NCBI GenBank assembly: GCA_963851265.1
Contig: CAWKNZ010000007.1
Coordinates: 192,001 to 256,000 of the forward strand
Source: an uncultured Gemmatimonadales bacterium
Lineage (GTDB): Bacteria > Gemmatimonadota > Gemmatimonadetes > Gemmatimonadales > Gemmatimonadaceae
Direction of reading: 5' to 3'
Length of the DNA: 64,000 nucleotides
The notes beneath the pieces were generated by a model that ran no database searches, was not told the DNA's origin, and saw nothing but the letters and a program-made list of their open reading frames with translations. The position numbers and the translations under genes were made by a program. Of the stretch, positions 60,350 through 64,000 are shown one piece after another. Numbering within the stretch: the first letter of the stretch is position 1; every line of letters starts with the position of its first letter.

Positions 60350-63300
60350 TGGGGCGGCGGAGCGGGCCGGCTGCGCTCGCCGCGACGCTCGGGCTCCTGC
60401 TGCTGCCGTTCGCGGCGTGCTCGCGTGCGCCGGCGGCCCCGCCCCGGCCGGCTGGGCCGCCGCTGTTCGAAGCGCTCGCACCGCGGACGACGGGCGTCAC
60501 GTTCGCCAACGCGCTGCCCGAGCGGCCCGATTTCAACATCGTCAACTACGTCTACTACTACAACGGCGGCGGCGTGGCGGCCGGCGACGTGAACGGCGAC
60601 GGGCTCCCCGACCTGTACTTCACGTCGAACCTCGGGAAAAACAGGCTCTACATCAACAAGGGCAACTACCAGTTCGAGGACGTGACCGACCGCGCCGGCG
60701 TGGCCGACTCGGTGGGGTGGAAGACGGGCGTGACGATGGCCGACGTGAACGGAGACGGGAAGCTCGACATCTACGTCTCGGGCGTCGACTACCTCGGCGT
60801 GCACGGGCGCAACGTGCTGTACATCAACAACGGCGACGGCACGTTCACCGACCGCACGAAGGAGTACGGCCTCGACTACGCCGGGTACTCCACGCAGGCG
60901 ACGTTCTTCGATTACGACGGCGACGGGAACCTCGACATGTTCCTCGTCACGCACCTCACCGACAGCGAGCGCAAGATCGGTGGCGGGTTCACCGGCGACC
61001 CGCGCGTGCCGCGGTCCGGCGGGGTGCTGTTTCACAACGACGGACGGCGCGGCACGACGCCCCACTTCACCGACGTCACGGCCAGAGCCGGCATGACGTC
61101 GCGGAACGGCTACGGGTTGGGCGTCGTCGTGAGCGATTTCAACGGCGACGGCTGCCCCGACCTCTACGAGTCGATCGACTTCCAGGGCGACGACCGGCTC
61201 TGGATGAACAACTGCGACGGCACGTTCCGCGACGCGATCCGCACGGCCACGCGCCACACGAGCCGGTTCTCGATGGGCGTCGACGCCGCCGACTTCACGA
61301 ACACGGGGCGCCCGAGCGTGTTCGTCGCCGACATGTTCCCGGAGCGCGAGGACGTGCTCAAGACGTCCGCGAGCACCGAGACGTGGACGCTCTTCAACCT
61401 GTTCCTCAAGGCCGGCTACCACCCGCAGTACTCGCGCAACACGCTGCAGCTCAACCGCGGGACGCTCCCCGACTCCGGGGCGCACGCGAGCGCTGGCGGG
61501 ACGCCGCGCTTCAGCGACGTCGCCTACCTGGCCGGGGTCAACGCGAGCGACTGGAGCTGGTCCGCGCTGTTCGCCGACCTCGACAACGACGGGCGCAAGG
61601 ACCTGTTCGTGACGAACGGGATCTATCGCCGCCTCAACGACCTGGACTACATCAATTACGTCGGCAACGACGCGGTGCAGGCGTCGCTCGCGAACGGCGT
61701 GACGAAGGACAACCTCTCGCTGCTGCAACACATGCCGCAGATCGCGCTGCCGAACCACGCGTTCCGCAACGTGGGCGGAGAGGGCGGGCGCGACGTCGCG
61801 TTCACCGACATGGCCGCGGCCTGGGGGCTCGGCGAGCCGGGCTTCTCGAATGGGGCGGTGTACGTCGATCTGAACAACAGTGGTGCGCTCGACCTCGTCG
61901 TGAACCGGGTGGCGGCACCGGCCGCGATCTACCGAAATCGCTCGCGCGAGCGAAACGGCAACGCGTATCTCACCGTCGCGCTGCGTGGGGACGGGCGCAA
62001 CACCGGCGGGATCGGCGCGAAGGTGTGGGCGACGGCCAACGGCACCACGCAGCTGCTGGAGGCGATGCCCACGCGCGGCTTCCTGTCCTCGGTCGACCCG
62101 CGACTGCACTTCGGCTTCGGCCGCGCGACGACGGCCGATTCGCTCGTGGTCGTGTGGCCCGACCGGCGGTTCCAGGTACTGCGGACCGTCGCGCTCAACC
62201 GACAGCTCACGCTCTCGCAGGCCGACGCGGCGGGCCGATTCGACTACGGCCGCGCGTCACCGCGGCGGGCGCCGCCGCTGCTCACGGACGTCACCGCGAG
62301 CCACGCGATCGATTTCAAGCACGAGGAGAACGACGTCAGCGACTTCGACCGCGAGCCGCTGATGACGCACCAGCTATCGACCGAGGGGCCCGCGCTCGCG
62401 GTGGCCGACGTCGACGGCGACGGGCTGGAGGATGTGTTCGTCGGTGGGGCGAAGTGGCAGCCGAGCCGGCTGTTCCTGCAACAGCGCGACGGGTCGTTCC
62501 GCGCGAGCACGCAGCCGGCGATCGCGGCCGACAGCGTGAGCGAGGACGTGGACGCGGTGTTCGTCGACGCGAACGGAGACGGACACCCGGACCTCGTCGT
62601 CGCGGCGGCCGGCAACGAGTTCTTCGGCGACGCCGACGCGCTGCGCCCGCGGCTGTACCTGAACGACGGGGCGGGCCATTTCGCGCGCGCGCCCGACGCG
62701 TTCCCGGGGGTGTTCGAGAACGCGTCGTGCGTGGTCTCGGGCGACTTCGACGGCGACGGCCGGCCTGACCTCTTCCTGGGTGCGCGCGTGGTGTCGCGCC
62801 AGTACGGCCTCAGCCCGAAGAGCCACCTGCTGCGCAACGACGGGCGCGGGCATTTCGTCGACGTGACCGCGCGGGTCGCCCCGGGGCTCGCCGAGGCCGG
62901 GATGGTGACCTCGGCGACGTGGGTCGACTACGACCACGACGGCAAGCTCGATCTCGTCGTGGTCGGCGAGTTCACGCCCGTGCGGGTCTTCCACAACGAG
63001 GGCGGAAAGCTCGTCGACCGCACTAAGGAGGCGGGCCTGAAGGGCACGGAGGGGTGGTGGACCCACGTGCAGGCGGTCGACCTCGCCGGCACCGGCCGCA
63101 AGGACCTCGTGTTAGGCAACCTCGGCCTCAACTCGTACCTGCGCGCCAGCGCCGAGGAGCCCGCGCGCATGTACGTCGGCGACTTCGGGCACAACGGGAC
63201 GCTTGAGCAGGTGCTGACCTTCTACAAGCATGGCGTGAGCTATCCGGTCGCGGGGCGCGACGAGATCGTGAAGCTCGTGCCGTCGCTGCGGAGCCGGTAC

Positions 63301-63843
63301 CCGTCGTACGCGAAGTTCGGTGCCAGCCGCGTCGAGGACATCTTCCCGGACAGCGATCTCGGCGCGGCCCGCGTGCTCGAAGCGCACACATTCTCGAGCG
63401 CGATCGCGCACAACAACGGCGACGGCACGTTCACGCTGCGCGCCCTCCCGGCGGAGGCGCAGTTCTCGCCGATCTTCGCGTCGCTCGCCGCCGATTTCGA
63501 CGACGACGGGCACACGGACCTCCTGCTCGCCGGCAACTTCTTCGGATTCCAACCGCTGCTCGGGCGCTCGGACGCGAGTTTCGGCACGCTGCTGCGCGGC
63601 GTCGGTGGCGGCGCGCTGGCGCCTACGCCGGCCGAGCGCGCCGGGATGCTACTCGACGGGCAGGTTCGCCACATGGCCGCGCTGCGCGGCGCGCGCGGGG
63701 AACGGCTGATCGTCGTGGCGCGCGACGACGCCCGCCTGCAGGTACTCCGCGTGGGTGACGCGGCTCCTGGGCGCGCCGCCGCGCACGGCACGCTGATCGC
63801 TTCGCGTGCGGGGCGGGCCGGCCCGTCCCCGGCGCGCCCCTGA
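60349..63843 (+). CDS. FG-GAP/VCBS-repeat plus ASPIC/UnbV (CRTAC1-like) lipoprotein
   Basis: GTG overlaps the upstream TAG; lipobox PFAAC; YYNGGGVAAGDVNGDG, DWSWS.LFADLDNDG.KD, RGFLSSVDPRLHFG; colinear paralog of the 55403 gene. Confidence 0.93.
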   Translation: MGRRSGPAALAATLGLLLLPFAACSRAPAAPPRPAGPPLFEALAPRTTGVTFANALPERPDFNIVNYVYYYNGGGVAAGDVNGDGLPDLYFTSNLGKNRLYINKGNYQFEDVTDRAGVADSVGWKTGVTMADVNGDGKLDIYVSGVDYLGVHGRNVLYINNGDGTFTDRTKEYGLDYAGYSTQATFFDYDGDGNLDMFLVTHLTDSERKIGGGFTGDPRVPRSGGVLFHNDGRRGTTPHFTDVTARAGMTSRNGYGLGVVVSDFNGDGCPDLYESIDFQGDDRLWMNNCDGTFRDAIRTATRHTSRFSMGVDAADFTNTGRPSVFVADMFPEREDVLKTSASTETWTLFNLFLKAGYHPQYSRNTLQLNRGTLPDSGAHASAGGTPRFSDVAYLAGVNASDWSWSALFADLDNDGRKDLFVTNGIYRRLNDLDYINYVGNDAVQASLANGVTKDNLSLLQHMPQIALPNHAFRNVGGEGGRDVAFTDMAAAWGLGEPGFSNGAVYVDLNNSGALDLVVNRVAAPAAIYRNRSRERNGNAYLTVALRGDGRNTGGIGAKVWATANGTTQLLEAMPTRGFLSSVDPRLHFGFGRATTADSLVVVWPDRRFQVLRTVALNRQLTLSQADAAGRFDYGRASPRRAPPLLTDVTASHAIDFKHEENDVSDFDREPLMTHQLSTEGPALAVADVDGDGLEDVFVGGAKWQPSRLFLQQRDGSFRASTQPAIAADSVSEDVDAVFVDANGDGHPDLVVAAAGNEFFGDADALRPRLYLNDGAGHFARAPDAFPGVFENASCVVSGDFDGDGRPDLFLGARVVSRQYGLSPKSHLLRNDGRGHFVDVTARVAPGLAEAGMVTSATWVDYDHDGKLDLVVVGEFTPVRVFHNEGGKLVDRTKEAGLKGTEGWWTHVQAVDLAGTGRKDLVLGNLGLNSYLRASAEEPARMYVGDFGHNGTLEQVLTFYKHGVSYPVAGRDEIVKLVPSLRSRYPSYAKFGASRVEDIFPDSDLGAARVLEAHTFSSAIAHNNGDGTFTLRALPAEAQFSPIFASLAADFDDDGHTDLLLAGNFFGFQPLLGRSDASFGTLLRGVGGGALAPTPAERAGMLLDGQVRHMAALRGARGERLIVVARDDARLQVLRVGDAAPGRAAAHGTLIASRAGRAGPSPARP

Positions 63844-63908
63844 CGATCGCACGGTGCCGACCGAGGGCCGGTCACCGCGTCCTCTGACTGCGTCCCACCA
63901 CCTGGTTC

Positions 63909-64000
63909 ATGCGATTCTCGACCCTCGCCCTCGCGACGCTCGCCGTTCTCGGTGCCTTCGCCGCGCCCCGCGCACACGCGCAGCCCGCGCCCGACCCGGC
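63909..64000 (+). CDS. secreted protein, N-terminus only (runs off the window)
   Basis: MRFSTLALATLAVLGAFAAPRAHA-QPAP is a classic signal peptide. Confidence 0.65.
   Translation, partial: MRFSTLALATLAVLGAFAAPRAHAQPAPDP

Overview
A very GC-rich (~70-75%, by eye) bacterial chromosomal segment. Gene content (SusC/SusD pairs in a high-GC background, DUF1800, Ig-repeat lipoprotein) suggests Gemmatimonadota; this is inference. About 40 CDSs are supported. They include housekeeping and metabolic genes (ettA, CcdA/TlpA, mak, acyl-CoA ligase, ADH, FMO, M1 peptidase), an operon for a giant Ig-repeat/L-type-lectin lipoprotein, and a cation-transport cluster (mgtE, an atypical NRAMP with an MnoP/OprB-like porin, ZIP, kup). 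There is also one intact IS5-family element and two SusC/SusD systems. The second SusC/SusD heads a PUL-like locus with two FG-GAP/ASPIC-UnbV lipoproteins flanking a vanadium-haloperoxidase-family lipoprotein; the first of these has a double frameshift that makes the 1648-aa ORF an artefact. The most unusual signal is at DNA level: the non-palindromic heptamer GTTAGGC (mostly CGTTAGGC) occurs 23 times on both strands, inside genes, and accounts for almost all TTA codons I noticed. No rRNA, tRNA or CRISPR array was seen.
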